Program-made: the position numbers and the translations under genes
Shown: in pieces, positions 51,311 through 64,000 of the stretch
Layout: the number at the start of each line of letters is the position of its first letter
Numbering within the stretch: position 1 is the first letter of the stretch
Notes under the pieces: generated by a model
What the model saw: the letters and a program-made list of their open reading frames with translations, nothing else
What the model was told of the DNA's origin: nothing
Databases searched by the model: none
Assembly: GCF_036321535.1 (NCBI RefSeq)
Contig: NC_087438.1
Location: 10,666,001 to 10,730,000, forward strand
Length of the DNA: 64,000 bases
Direction of reading: 5' to 3'
Source of the DNA: Camelus dromedarius
Lineage: Eukaryota

Positions 51311-54300
51311 GAATGGTGTCAATTTAAGTTAACTAGCTCATTTGGGGATTAAATTGGTGATTTCCACTTCACTACCTGGCTTCATTAACTGACTCTGGTA
51401 ACCTAAAAGGGTATTTATGCATTTGATTTGTTGGGAGATTAACATAGCTCTGTTGGCTAAAGCATGGTGCCAATGGATGGGAAGTGAGGGATAGGAATGG
51501 ACGTGGGAGAGTGTCCTGTCAAGATCGTGGACATACACGGTAATGTCTAAGCAGATCAGGAGAAGGGGTCCTACTGCTAGTTTTGCCTCATTCCTTATGA
51601 AAAGCCCAGTTGAGGTAAAGAACAGTGAGGGCAGAGAGGGCATGATGGTTGTCCCCAACTCAGTCTGTAAAGACGGTCCCCTGTGTGGGGACCGTGAAAC
51701 ACCTGGTGCACTTAAAACCGTCGTCAGCACTAACACAGAGCCACCATCCGAGAAAGATATGAAAAGAAGGCGAATCATAAGGAAAAGAAAACAGCCATTA
51801 TTTTTTTTTCCACTTGCATATTCATAGGCTTGTGATTTCTTTCTTAACTCAAGGAAAGAATGAAGCATCCTTAATCCTATCATCCTGGAAAGCTTGATGA
51901 GTAAGAGTCTGAGTGTTGAAAGGCATGGAAATGTGATGTTATTTGATAAAAAATTTCCCTAAGTCTGCATTCAGAAATGTGAAATCCTAGGTCAGTCACA
52001 GGAAACTGTCAAGCTGTATAAACCAAACACTAAGTTTGTCTAGTTAATCCATTGATGATTATCACCACAAGTGTTACCCCTTTTCTCTACTGGCCCAACC
52101 TCAGCCAAACATGCCTCGTCCTCAGTGGAAAAAGTGCTACCTGGTTTCCACCCAGGTGTCTGTCTCCCTTGAATGTGATGGTCAGGTTGGGGGCAGCAAC
52201 AGTGCTCAGTCTGCCCAATGGGGCAGTGCCTTGCCGCTGCCTGGGCTGAGAGTGGGAGGTATCTGGAAGACAGAAGAATTCATGTGCCTTGAGGTAAACT
52301 TTACTAAAGAAAGATAAGAGACAAAAAGAAGCTGGCAGAGACATTGCCTACCTCCCTCACCCACTCCGGGCATCCTTCCTGAGATGCCATGGTTTCCTGT
52401 GACCCAGAGTCAGGGATGTCTTTGTGATGCTGCGGCCATTTTGGTAAGAATCTTAATTTTTCTTCCCCTCCTTTACTGATTCATTTTCCTTTTCCCTTCA
52501 CTTGCAACCCCTGCACTCAGTAAGCTTTGTTCCCAGGGCTCTGTTTTCCAGAGAAGTCAGCCAAGACACTGCCAGCATACCAACATGGAAGTCACTCTGG
52601 GTCACTCCTGATTATTCCTGCAGAAGAGAAGCCAGCATAGACAACGGGAGAGGAATTACAGCCTTCATCAGGTAGCCGGAAGGCCTTCAGCTCAGCTGCT
52701 GGGGCCCAACACCAAGAGCCCTTTGGCAGCATTTTAAGGGGCTCAAAATACGTGCCTGTGTCTGGGGCTCCCTCCCTCAAAAGACACAAGCTGGCTGCGT
52801 GTGACTCTGGGCTGGGTCAGGTTGCCGTGTTTCCTGGGCTCATCTTCACGCATCCCTTCCAGCTCAGCGCTCCCCTCCCATCAGCCCTGTTCGTGCCCCA
52901 GCTCTACTCTAACCAGCATGCTGCTAACATTTTCACCCTGATGTTTCTGGGCATTTTTTAATGGCCCAGTGGCAGCCTCCAGCCAGGCTGAGCCGCCTAC
53001 CTGCTCTGTTCAAGTTATCTCCCCAGAAACCAGTGAGTGGTTTTTGTAAGAACTCAGGTTACAAAGTTGCACAGGTTTGGTGTGGTCTGCCCAACCCGAT
53101 TTTTCTCATAAACTCTGTCATTTTAGTGCCTGATTTTAGAGAATGTGAGGTGTGTTCAGGTATGTCTATGTTGCAATCAAGCAGACGTGTCAGTGTCTCT
53201 TTTCAAGTAGACATGAACTAAAGACTTGTTGAATGAATAAAATGCATGAAAGTATTTCTAGGGATGTAGAAAGTGACATTCATATCACAGTTTTTTTGTT
53301 TGTTTGTTTGTTTGTTTTTACTTTTTTGTTTATGTCAAGGAGGATTTAAAGCTCTCACATTATAGCTGATTTAAAAACAGACTTTCCCATGGCCCCTCGC
53401 TGGCCTGGCCCTGATCAAGTCTCCTGATGGGGCGGGGAGGGTCAGCTCCTTCAAGCAATTACTTTATTTTTCTTCTTTTTAATTTTAACCCTAGTGCACA
53501 TACCAAGGAATGTGTCTTTGAAAACAAAAATAAGCCCTGAAATGTGTATTTGGGATTATGATAAGGCAACCAAAGAAACGAAACCTCAGGCATCCTGCTT
53601 TAAGTTGATGACTCCTCCTCCCCAGGAGACGGAGAACCGCTCTGGTGGGTCAGTGTACAGATTGCATACAGTCTCATTTTTACGGAAACCCTTTTGGTGT
53701 GCATAGGAATCACTGTGTACAAATTGGCCAAGTGCTTCTGTAGATAATGTCAGTGGAGTAAATATTCGACAGACCATTAAAAAAACAAAACAAAACAAAA
53801 CCAAACAGACTTTCCCCACGGCAACAGTGTTACCTGCTGATAATGTGATAAGCATGCTATGCTGAGTCTTCTCTACCGTCTGAACCTACGCCTCTTCCTT
53901 CTCCATCAGGTTCTGCGCCCCGGGAGGCTGGACTTCTTAGGCTACATCGGTTGTGATTCTCCTGCTCTCTGGCCTCCTGTTGGGTCCAGCCAGTGAGATG
54001 CAGAGGAGGGGAAGGGTGGGTGGGAGAAGAGGTGGGGAACCCACATCTTTGTTAATACTCTCAGTTTATGGGTGCCACCTAGTTCCTGCTGTGATCCTGA
54101 TGGCTAAACAACTTTCTCTGAAGGTTTGTGTATTTTCCAATCTTTAGTAGGTGAATGAGTGAGGCAACTCATTAACTCCTTGTTATATTCATCCTTGACT
54201 AAGAAGAAATTCACAAGAGATTTCACTTATGTCTTTAACTAAAAGTGAAGAGTATCTCTTCCTTGGCAAATCTGTGTCTGAAAAAAGGGACACATAAAAT

Positions 54301-54599
54301 ACATTTGGAAAAGTGCCATTTCACACAATTCCATCTGTTTTTTTTTTTTTTTTTGATGATTCAGAAGTTATTTCAGTAGACAGCAGTGTCTCAAGAGCAA
54401 TGATTATGTAAAAATTATAACAGTACTAAAGTATGTATGGGAAGTCTGGTTAATAGAAAACCAGACAGTAGAATTTACTACACTTTGGGTAAAATAATCG
54501 TGTATGTGTCTGCTATAAAATTTCCCTGTGAACATGGCTGAGTTACTAACAAAACAGAGACCCAGAAAAATGACTCCAGGGTAGGTTTTACGTTTTTAA

Positions 54600-54830
54600 A
54601 ATAGCATTAGAAATATTTGTTGATTTTCCCCTATGTTCAGACACCATTATGGCATGTGTATCATATTTCCTTTCATCCTCAGGGCAACCCAATGAATTGG
54701 GTTTTGTTTTATAGATGCTCAGAGAAGTTAAGTTACCAGCTCGAGATCACATACCTGGGAAGGGTCAAAGCCTGGATTAGAGGCCAGGTCTGTTTGATTC
54801 CAAAGTCCAAACTCTTACACTAGACCAACT
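54600..54830 (-). mobile_element. MIR SINE
   Basis: GCTCAGAGAAGTTAAGTTACC...TTCCAAAGTCCA. Confidence 0.75.
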
Positions 54831-56199
54831 GTCATTTCACGGATCGTTGAACGGGAGTTCGAGAATCCACAGCTTGGCTTTTCTGAGCCTTCATGGAGGT
54901 GGAAGTTCATCCCAGTCGGCGATGGCAACTAGTGCTTTGCTTTTGTGTTTTTCCCTGCGAGGTGGGACTGATTCTTATGATTTAGGCATCGCTGTGTGTC
55001 ATTACCCACTGCAACAGCATAAGGCGCCAACATCGGCCAGCAAGACCATCCTTCATGGTAACGGCAGCAGTCACCACGCTGGGAGATCCTGGGACTGAAC
55101 TCTTTTTCACCTAAGGAAACAGTAGGAAGCCATGCTTTCAGGCAGTCACGTTCAGCACCGTGCATTAAATCATAGCATTTTAGAGCTGGAGGGGAATGCT
55201 TATAATGAAAGCAATAATTTTTACTTACTCTTGAAGACCTGTCTGAAAATAGTAGACTATCCTCGGCAGGCAAAAAGGCAATCTTTATTTTTCATGTCCT
55301 GTAAACAAGGCCACAAACGCTGCATGAGAAGGTAAGATAAAGGCTTATTTTTCAATAATTTATGTGTTATCTCCGAGTATGTGTTAAATCCTGAAGGGTG
55401 ACCCAGACCACTGGACCGGGGTGGTCCGGTGGCCGGGGCGGGCAGTGGTGGAGGGGGAGGAAGGCCCGGCAGGGGGAGGTGTGTTGGTGGGGTCTACACA
55501 TCCTTTGCTTGGTGAGCAGCTGCCCTGAGTTTCTTTGGCAAATTAGTTACATAGGGTGTAAAATGAATGGGCAGAATATTCATTGAGGAGGGGAGGGCTT
55601 GGGGTCATATTTCCTGATTATCATCCCAACTCCACCTTCCTAAGGGAGGAGAGATTTTTGTCCTTACTTAGTCTGGATCAGAAGTGTCATGGCGTTGGTG
55701 CATGATGGGTACTTCTGACCTGCAAGGCTAATTTTATTGAAATGAGGGCATAATGAGCAAAAGGTTACCTTCAGACCCTGGAAATTCCTGCCTTTTCTGA
55801 CCTTTCTTTGTTGGTCTCCAGGCCAAAAGGTGTGGCCCCTTATCAGCCCAAAGATTCCTGCTTTTCTTTCTTTGCCCAGGGGCCCCTGGTGCTTACGTAG
55901 GTTTCCTGCATTTGGCCTGTGCCCCTCCTTTTTGCCCAACTCCTGCCATTTGGTCTGTGTCCCCCTTTCTCTGCTCATATCTAGCTATCTGCCTGCTCTA
56001 ACAGAGTCAACCCTGCAAACCAGACCCATCTGAGAGCCCACTCAAGAGAATTCTGCCGACATGTGGCTTCATTGCAGGACGATTTTGGAATACTCTTCCT
56101 TTCTGGGTCTGTCATTCTCGCGTTTAAGGTGTTTAGGAATTTGCTCTGCGGAGAAATTTGTGGGTCCTGGCGGTGGGCTATGAAGGATAAAGACGTTCA

Positions 56200-56325
56200 C
56201 AATCTCTTCGATATGATATTTGCTGTGTTTTATCTCTAGCTCCTAGAACAGTGCCTGGACCATATGTGGTGCTCACTGAATATTTATTAAATGAATGGAT
56301 GAATAGATGGAGGGAAGGAAGAAGA
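56200..56325 (+). mobile_element. L2 3' terminus
   Basis: CCTAGAACAGTGCCTGG...GTGCTCACTGAATATTTATTAAATGAATGGATGAAT. Confidence 0.85.
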
Positions 56326-58194
56326 GAGACGAATTCTTGAACAAACTTTTTGCATGATGAAGGAGAGCAGAGAGGAGCTTTCATGAGCCCCACCCAGTGT
56401 CCTTCTCCAGGCTGGGGCCAAATGGGAGCCTCAAGGCAGTTGGCGGGGAGACTAAAGCAGGCTGTGTGAAAGGGCGAGGGCTCTACACGCCTCTGCACAC
56501 TTGCCCTTTGCCTTCTCCCCGTTGGGCACGAATCCACCCACGGGAGGACCACAGGGGCTTTCAGGACACACAAGTGTGAGCCCCTGGCATATCCATTTTT
56601 CACTTTCTTGGTCAGAGTGACTCCTAGAGGGTTAATGAAAACCACATGGCGCGCCCATCTGGAGACGTGGGTGGAGGAGTGAGCTTGGCACCAGGAGACT
56701 GGTTGTGAGGCGGTTTTACTAATTCAGGTGAGGCCTGTGAGGGCTCGAATTCAAACACAGGTGGTGAGAATGGCCTGGAGGTGATGTGTTCTGGAAATAT
56801 TTGTCGGGAGGATCAGCATTACTTATTGGACTCATCATATCCTGCCCCGAGGCCTTAGATGTCCCCAAATAAAGTGACTTTATAGTTTCCAGCTGAGAAT
56901 GTTGGCCAGCCACCAGCTATTGCTAGGAGCTGGCTTTTTCAGAATGGCCACTATATTCATTGTTTTTGAATTTCCGAGTCCCATCTGTTTGGTTCTGCAG
57001 TGTGTTTCTTTCCATACTTAATAAAGACCTGTTGAAATGGCATTTAATTCAGATTTTTTTTTGCACCAATGAAGTCAGTGTGGCTTTTCTCACCACCCTA
57101 GCATTTCAGCCTCTCTCTGTCTCTGTCACTCTGCCTGTCCCCCCCAGTCCCCTCTTATCTCTCATCTTTCCGCTTTAGCCACGACTGGCTCCGACTTCAT
57201 GACTTCTGATCTGTGCCTCCCAGCTTACCTGGACTCCTGGGTGCTGGCTTCTGGGACTCAGCTTTACCCACGCTCAGACCTACCACTCACTTCCCAGCTT
57301 GGACTTCCGATGCCATCCTCTGACTCGGAACCGTCTCTGTGCCCTCTGGTTTGGTCTGGGGACCCAAATGTTCATCTTGCCATTGCCCTTTCCCAGTTGG
57401 TCCTGTCCTGTGGCACTTCATGTCCCCGGGTGGCATGAAGCTTTTGGCCTGGCTGTCCCCACTGGAGAGTCTGTTTGGCTAAAAGAGTTTGCGCCCTATT
57501 TCCCGGCATTGTTAGCAGGACACCCCTTCTGGACACCTTTCAGTCATTCCATATTTGGACCTGAGATTTCTCAGCTCTACCTCTTCCCATCCTTCACCAA
57601 AATTTGAAACTCAGACTTCTTACACAGAAATTTCATTCAACGAATCCCATCACTTTGATCACCCGTCTTAGATTTAAGCAGTGCTCGTTGGTCTGTGTTT
57701 AAGAAACGCATCATCTTCTGTCCTGGAGGGCAGGGGTTAACTGTTTGCTTAAGCAGCTTTATAATGTAACAAAGGCCACCACTTATGTTGTAATGCAACC
57801 GAGAATAAGTTTAGAAAAAATTAATGCTATTAGTGATTACTGAAAGATGACTTCTTTGTGAAATGGAAGTAATATTAGGGAAAATATTAACGCGCTTTAT
57901 CTTCTGCACTTTCGGGTATGTTACCTTATCCCTGATCACCCCGAGGAATCCGTCTTCTTCACGAGTGTGGTGCTGGGGTTCTCATAGGGATTTGTTGACA
58001 TTACAATGGAAATGTCAGGGGAAATTAAAAAAATTAATAGTCAGTTTCTGACATTCAAAATAGGCTTTCGCTGCCAAGCAGTAGGCTTGAGGTTTTTGCT
58101 GCGAGAGGTTTCCCAAATTAGCATGTCAAGTTCAGAAGCCCAGCCCTTGGTGCTTGAAGGAATAAGACGCGTAGTCTTTTTCTCCCCTGATTCC

Positions 58195-58962
58195 TGCTTT
58201 ATTGAGGAATAATTGACAATTATATGTTGTATATATTTAAGGTATACAATTGATGATTGGATATATGTAGACATTGTAAAATGATCACCATAATCAAAGT
58301 AGTTAACGTATCCCTTACTTTATATAATTTTTTTTTTTGTGGTGAGAACCTTTAAGATCTGCCTTCCTAGCAAATTTCAAGTTACATGACAGTATTGTTA
58401 ACTATGGTCGCATTGTTGTACATTAGATCTCCAGAGCTTACTCATCTTACACAACTGAAACTTTGTATGCCTTGATCACCACCTCCCCATTTCTCCCTGC
58501 CCCCAGCTCCTGTATCATTCTACACTCCGATGATTTTAGATTCCACGTATAAGTGAGCTCATGCAGAATCTGTCTTTCTGAGTCTGGCTTATTTCACTTA
58601 GGATAATGTTTTCTAGGTTTACCTATGACCTCATAAATGGCTGGATTTCCTTCTCTTTTTTTTAAAGACTGAACAGTATTCCACTGCATATACATACCAT
58701 CCATTTATCCGTCAGTGGACACTTAGGTGTTTCTGTATCGTGACTACTGTGAATAATGCTGGTGGTGAATATGGGGTGCAGATATCTCTCTAAGATCCTA
58801 ATTTCAATTGTTTTGGGTATATGCCTGGAAGTGGGATTGCTGGGTCATGTGACAGTTCAATTTTTAATTTAGGGGGAACTTCCATCCTGTTTTCTATAGT
58901 GACTGCACCAGTTTACATTCCTACCAACAGGGCACAGGGGCTCCCTTTTCTCCACATTGTCT
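58195..58962 (-). mobile_element. L1MA-type 3' end
   Basis: CTTTATTGAGGAATAATTGACA...GAAGTGGGATTGCTGGGTCAT...CCCTTTTCTCCACA. Confidence 0.92.
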
Positions 58963-59639
58963 TGATCACATCTTCCTGGGAGAGACTCCAGAGAAAGGAG
59001 GGGTGCTGTATAAGCTGAGGAGATGCTGAGAGTGTGGGTCTTTTACTCCAGCTTTCTGTCTGGAGCTCCAGGAGGAGGCTGTCTTGCAGACTGCTCCCTT
59101 GTGAACCTGGGGACACCCCCATCGAAGTAAGCTAGGAAGCACAGAGTGGGCTGGGATTCATTAGCCTGAGTTGCTTTTGCTTCTGGAGGGGCATGAATGG
59201 AACCTAGAATTTCCTTCTTGTTCCTGGTGTTTGGGGTGGGGTGGGAGACACAGAAGGTAGCTGCGTTTCGGGCCCTCGGGTCAGCTAAGGTCTCCCTGAG
59301 GTGAGGGGAAGGTGGAACTTGAGCAGAGACCGGGATGGACCACTTAGGCCAAGAGCTGAAGGAGGGTGTGCTGGAGACCCGAGCCCTCCACCACCTGGGG
59401 GGCGGGGGGCAGGTCAGCGAGGGGGGAACGCCCGACCAGGTGTTATTAATGATTCATTTTGACCTGATAAAGGAAGATGGGCGTATAGTGCACGTGATCA
59501 CATTTTCCTTAACAACAAAACCTGGAAGGTTGCGCTTCAGGACTTGATGGTGGTCGCATTGGTTGTTAGAGTTAGAATCTTGACTTTCTCTCTTCTGCTT
59601 CTCTCATTTTGAAACATATTTTGTTAAGAGAAAGGGTAA

Positions 59640-60230
59640 ATTTTATACAAAGAAAAAAATAAAGCTATCTCTAGAAATTAAAAAAAAAAAAAAAAAGGGA
59701 ATCTTGCTGGACACGTTACCCTGCAACTTTTCTTTCAATATTCCGAAGCCATCCCTGTATGTCTGTAGACATAAATCTCTCTTTTTGAAATTTTTCCTGA
59801 ACACACATATATAATTTTACACAAACTGAATCATATTTTTTCTCGATTCAATCTCCTTTTTCCTTTACCTTCTACCCTTTCCCCTCCCCGCTACCACCCC
59901 CACTGTCTACTTCCCCAGGTAGTGTCAGCAACCTGATGTGTGTGGTTTTGTACTTTTTTCTGTATAAACATACAAATACGTATAAATATGTAGACATGTG
60001 CACATGTAAATGCATTTGCAGGTGTTCCATTTCTGCATTGTCTTTTGTACTCACCTCTACCTCCTGGAAAACCCTGCCAGCCAACTGGCATAACTCCAAT
60101 GCATTTTTTAAATGGTTCCACAATATTCTATGGTGTTGCCATATTATAAGTCGTTCATCCACCTGTGAGATTTCTGAGCATTTCTTTTTTCTTGATTCTT
60201 GGAGGTGGTGGCTATTTGGCTACTGTCATT
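59640..60230 (-). mobile_element. Old L1M fragment
   Basis: Diverged L1 3'UTR motifs. Confidence 0.5.
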
Positions 60231-60247
60231 TAAAGGCTTATAATAAT

Positions 60248-60480
60248 AATTTTTTTCTCCATTTTTTAATTGAAGCATAGTTGATTTACAATGTTGTATT
60301 AGTTTCTGGTGTACAGTACAGCACAGTGATTCAGTTATATGCACGCATATATATATGCATATTCTTTTTCACATTCTTTTTCATTACAGGTTACTACAAG
60401 CCATTGAACAGAGTTCCCTGTGCTATACAGCAGGAGTGTTTGTCTATTCTGTACGTAGTAGTTGTATCTATGCTACTATG
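60248..60480 (-). mobile_element. Lineage L1 3' end
   Basis: TTAATTGAAGCATAGTTGATTTACAATGTTG...GTTCCCTGTGCTATACAG with an imperfect TSD (AAGGCTTAT/AAAGCTTAT). Confidence 0.88.
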
Positions 60481-62754
60481 AAAGCTTATTATAGTTTCTA
60501 TATTTCAAGTAAGTTTAGCAGTTAAGTTTTATTACTCTGATAACATTAACACACCTAGATTTTTATCCACTTACTTCTAATGACGTTCAAATGTGTTACT
60601 CTATTTTAAGGCCAAGACAATAGTCCTTGGTGAATGTAGGTGCTATGGAGTAAGATGATAGGACAATGAATGAATAAATGTTTGAGAATCTCTATTACGT
60701 AAGATACAGATTTCGAGCTCATTAGTGGGTTGCCACAAAACTCTTTAATAGAACGTGTGCAAGGGATTTCTGTGGAGGGGTTAAAGCCGGGCCCAAATCA
60801 AGGTGGTGACTTTTATTTGAATTAACCAGCTGTTGAAAAATGGGCTGGATCTTCAGAAGGCCATAAGGTTTTTACAGTTTTATTGGAATTTTCATTGCAA
60901 TTATTGCATATGGTATCTTGCATTCAGGCGTAGGTCACACTGATTTTCAGAGGTTAGTAAGATAATGTTAGCTTCTTATTGTCGACTCTCCTTGACCTTT
61001 CTAGCATTATCTTATGCCCAGAAGATTTGTTACAGAGTCCCAATATTTACCCAAGGTAATGCTTCTTTATATATCTAAGTCCAAAGTTTCAAAAAGTTAT
61101 AGACATCTAAACCCTCATTTAATTTTTGTTGTTGTTGCCTTTTTTGGGTTGTGAATCTCGCTCACAGTGGGTGAAGATGATAATTTTTATTTTCGTCTGC
61201 CAAGAGTTTTAAATCATGCCGACTAAATGAGGTAAAAGCCAACATTGCTTAGCTGAGTTACCTCTGATGACAGTGTGTAAATCACTTCCTATCATTTTAC
61301 CTGCAGGAAGGGGAGGTTGTTATTCTGTTACACTTGCTTTAAATGTCTAACTGTGGCTTCTATTACCAACAGAAATTTGGAAACATATTGGCCCACTGCC
61401 ATAAACTTTTGACTAATAAAAAACAAACACATAGTACAAGTTTTTCTCTGAAGCTTAAATTTAAAACCAGGTGTGAGGGCAAACAGGTTTGCTAATGCTG
61501 AACATGTCTTTGGTCACGTGGACACCATGTAGTGTATGATGAATAAGGTTGATTTTTAAAAAAAATTTTTACTTTCTTCTTTGTAGGAAATAGAACCAGA
61601 ATTACCTGAAAATCTGCCCAGTGTTCTCGTTACTGTCTCAGTCATTTGACTGTGGATGGAAGTCAGGGCATCCTTAATACACAGTCCAGAGACTTAATAA
61701 GTAAAAGGGAAATTGAAGGGCAGATAAATCTAACTTAGAGAGTGGCAGAATCCCTTCTGTAATAACAGCGCTTAATCACCACTTCTGTCTTCTGGATGTT
61801 TTTGCACTGTTGCGTCTCATCGCCAAGGATGGCAGAGAAGGTGGGATGCAGGCAGCTGTGGTGAGAGATCTGGGGTGAGAGAGCTCTCTCCACCACCCAC
61901 ACATCCTTCCCAGTGTGGGCTGAGTTCCGGCCAGCCAGCCATTCTTAACCTCCAGGCTGACTCACTCAGGGCTTGTAACCCAGTCATAACCCCTGACTCT
62001 GCATTGTGTCCCACAGGCTGGGCTGGGCCCCTGCTTAGCAGGACTGGACCAGGCACCACCGTCCTCTTGGGGTCTTCAGGTGTTAGAATTAGCAGAGACC
62101 TTGGCACCATCCCCTCACCCTCCTTGCTTTGCTGATGATGGGACTGAGGCCCAAAGAAGTTGAGTGTGTTGTGGTTAAGTCCTAAGGGGGTCCACATTCC
62201 CTACCCTCCCGATCTGTGGGGCTCTCTGTCTTCACTGTCAGGCACCTGTCTTTTTAGGGAAGATGGCTGTGCGTCAGGATGCTGAGGGTACGGGGCTGCT
62301 GTTGAATGGGATGACAAGATTTCCGCTGGGGCATGAGGCACTGGCCTGGGGCGCTGCTGAGAGCATGAGGGTGGGGGCTGCAAGCCAAAAGCAGTCCATT
62401 TTCCTATATCACTGTTTCTTCGATGGCATCCCTACCTCCAAATCTGTCCTCATTGTCAGCCTTCTCCACCTGAAACCCTGTGCATTTCAAGTCTGTGCAT
62501 TTCAAGAACGCTGGTATCTCTGACTACATTCAGCCTTGAGCTTCTTGGCTGAGAGATGTTCCCTAGAGACAAAACATTAGTGTTGATATTTTTGGATCAT
62601 TAAGATGTCCAGCTGCGTCAGCTGCTCAACTTCTTTTAGCCTCTCTTGTCCTGCAAGATCTTCATTACCCGAGTGAAGGAAAACTGGCTTCTAATTCTGG
62701 ATAATGTCAGATTGTCACAACTCCATCAGGATTTAGGTAGAATTAAATTTCTTT

Positions 62755-62901
62755 GTATTTTTAATTTAATTTATTTTAATTTTGTTTTTTAAATTGAGGT
62801 TTTTTATTGGCTTTTTTAAAAAAATGGAGGTACTAGTGATTAAGCCAGGACCTTGCGCATGCTAAGCATGTGCTCTACAACTGAGCTGTACCCCTACCCT
62901 C
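62755..62901 (-). mobile_element. Vic-1-type tRNA-derived SINE
   Basis: GGAGGTACT...CATGCTAAGCATGTGCTCTACAACTGAGCTGTACCCC; TSD TAAATTTCTTT at 62744-62754 and 62902-62912. Confidence 0.9.
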
Positions 62902-63859
62902 TAAATTTCTTTTTAAATAGTTTAAATTCTGAATGGGCCTAAATGACTTCCTCAAGCTTTTTCTTTACTTCAAAAAAAAAAAAAAAAAAAATCAGAAAGC
63001 GAGCAACCTTTTTTACCTTCTTTTCCTGGAGCTTCCTGAAGAAAATTGGCAGAGCGGCCCACCAGGTACAGGTAGTGAGTGAAATAATGGATCTTTTGGA
63101 AATATACAGCCCTTATCGTGAGACTCAATAGCGATGTTTTAAATGGAAGGTGTAAGCAAATCTTAGCTGGAGGCAGCATCTGAACTCCCTTTTCACCAGT
63201 GTTACTCACTGATGGCTTCTCATCAAAGAGAATTGTAATTCAAATTACTTTCAAGATTTCCCTATTGGATTCCATGAGATGCCACAGGTTTTTCTGTAAA
63301 AGGAAATACTAGCCGTAGATTTTTTTTTGCCCTTTAAATTGTATTTGAAAATTAGATATAAGAAGACTGTTGAACACATATGACATTCCATCCATCACTG
63401 ACATGGAGACAGGCTTTTATCGACTGTCTCTCAAGTTGACACGAGAGCTCTTTGCAGATCACTGATCTGTGCTGCATATTCGGCCTCTCAATTTCAATAC
63501 ATATCAGTCCTGTTACTTCATGCGTTAAGGGTACGAACCAACATCGTTACTCAGACTCACTTCCCAAGATCTATTACTGACAGGGGAAGTTGAAACAGAA
63601 AAGGGAAAAACTGTGGTACTCAAACTGTGTCTACTGTAAGTGAGCCGAAACAGGACTACTTTACAGAAAATATTAATAACCACAGTCTTTGTTTTCTATA
63701 AAAATTACTCAAGATAAGCTACACATTTTAAAACAGCCTAATTCAGGATTACCCAAAAACTGTAACATCAGCAGTTCACATCTCTGCCTTTGCAATGGTG
63801 TAAATAGGATTTTTAAATCCTGCAAGCAACAGGAGTTTTCAAATTACAGCACTGCAGTG

Positions 63860-64000
63860 AAAACAGAATATGCAAACCTGGAGTACTGCACAGGTGCTGG
63901 GATCCTGGGAGTCAGAATAACAAAATGAAGTTCAAATCCGGACTCCTGCTACTCACTCTTACTTTGAGCATTATTTACTCTCACTAAGCTTTTTTTTCTC
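63860..64000 (+). mobile_element. MIR fragment (truncated by the window end)
   Basis: GGAGTCAGA...GTTCAAATCC...CTACTCACT..ACTTTGAGCA. Confidence 0.6.

Noticed and set aside
51338..51883. 181-aa minus-strand ORF
   Set aside because: No recognisable homology or splice context; length is compatible with chance.

Overview
Mammalian genomic DNA, most likely a camelid, inferred from four tRNA-Ala-derived SINEs of the Vic-1 type and no Alu, Bov-A or PRE-1 noticed. The window holds the 5' end of ANKH on the minus strand. This comprises coding exon 1 (19472-19567, [32 protein letters not shown] then GTAAG), its 5' leader and CpG-island promoter (~19360-20830), about 19.5 kb of intron 1 (1-19471) and about 44 kb of upstream DNA. 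No other protein-coding gene is supported. The rest is interspersed repeats (solo LTRs, an internally deleted ERV-L provirus, L1/L2/MIR fragments, Tigger1, MER5A, MER33-like) and unique sequence. I found no convincing new multi-gene system. The most interesting signals lie at the ANKH 5' end: three upstream AUGs, a possible poly-Ala uORF, a conserved in-frame ACG, oppositely oriented CGG/GCC tracts around the core promoter, and a perfect-Kozak ACG on the divergent strand. An orphan retrocopy and an unidentified GC-rich block are also worth checking. Repeat family names come from recognition by eye, and boundaries without target-site duplications (TSDs) are approximate.
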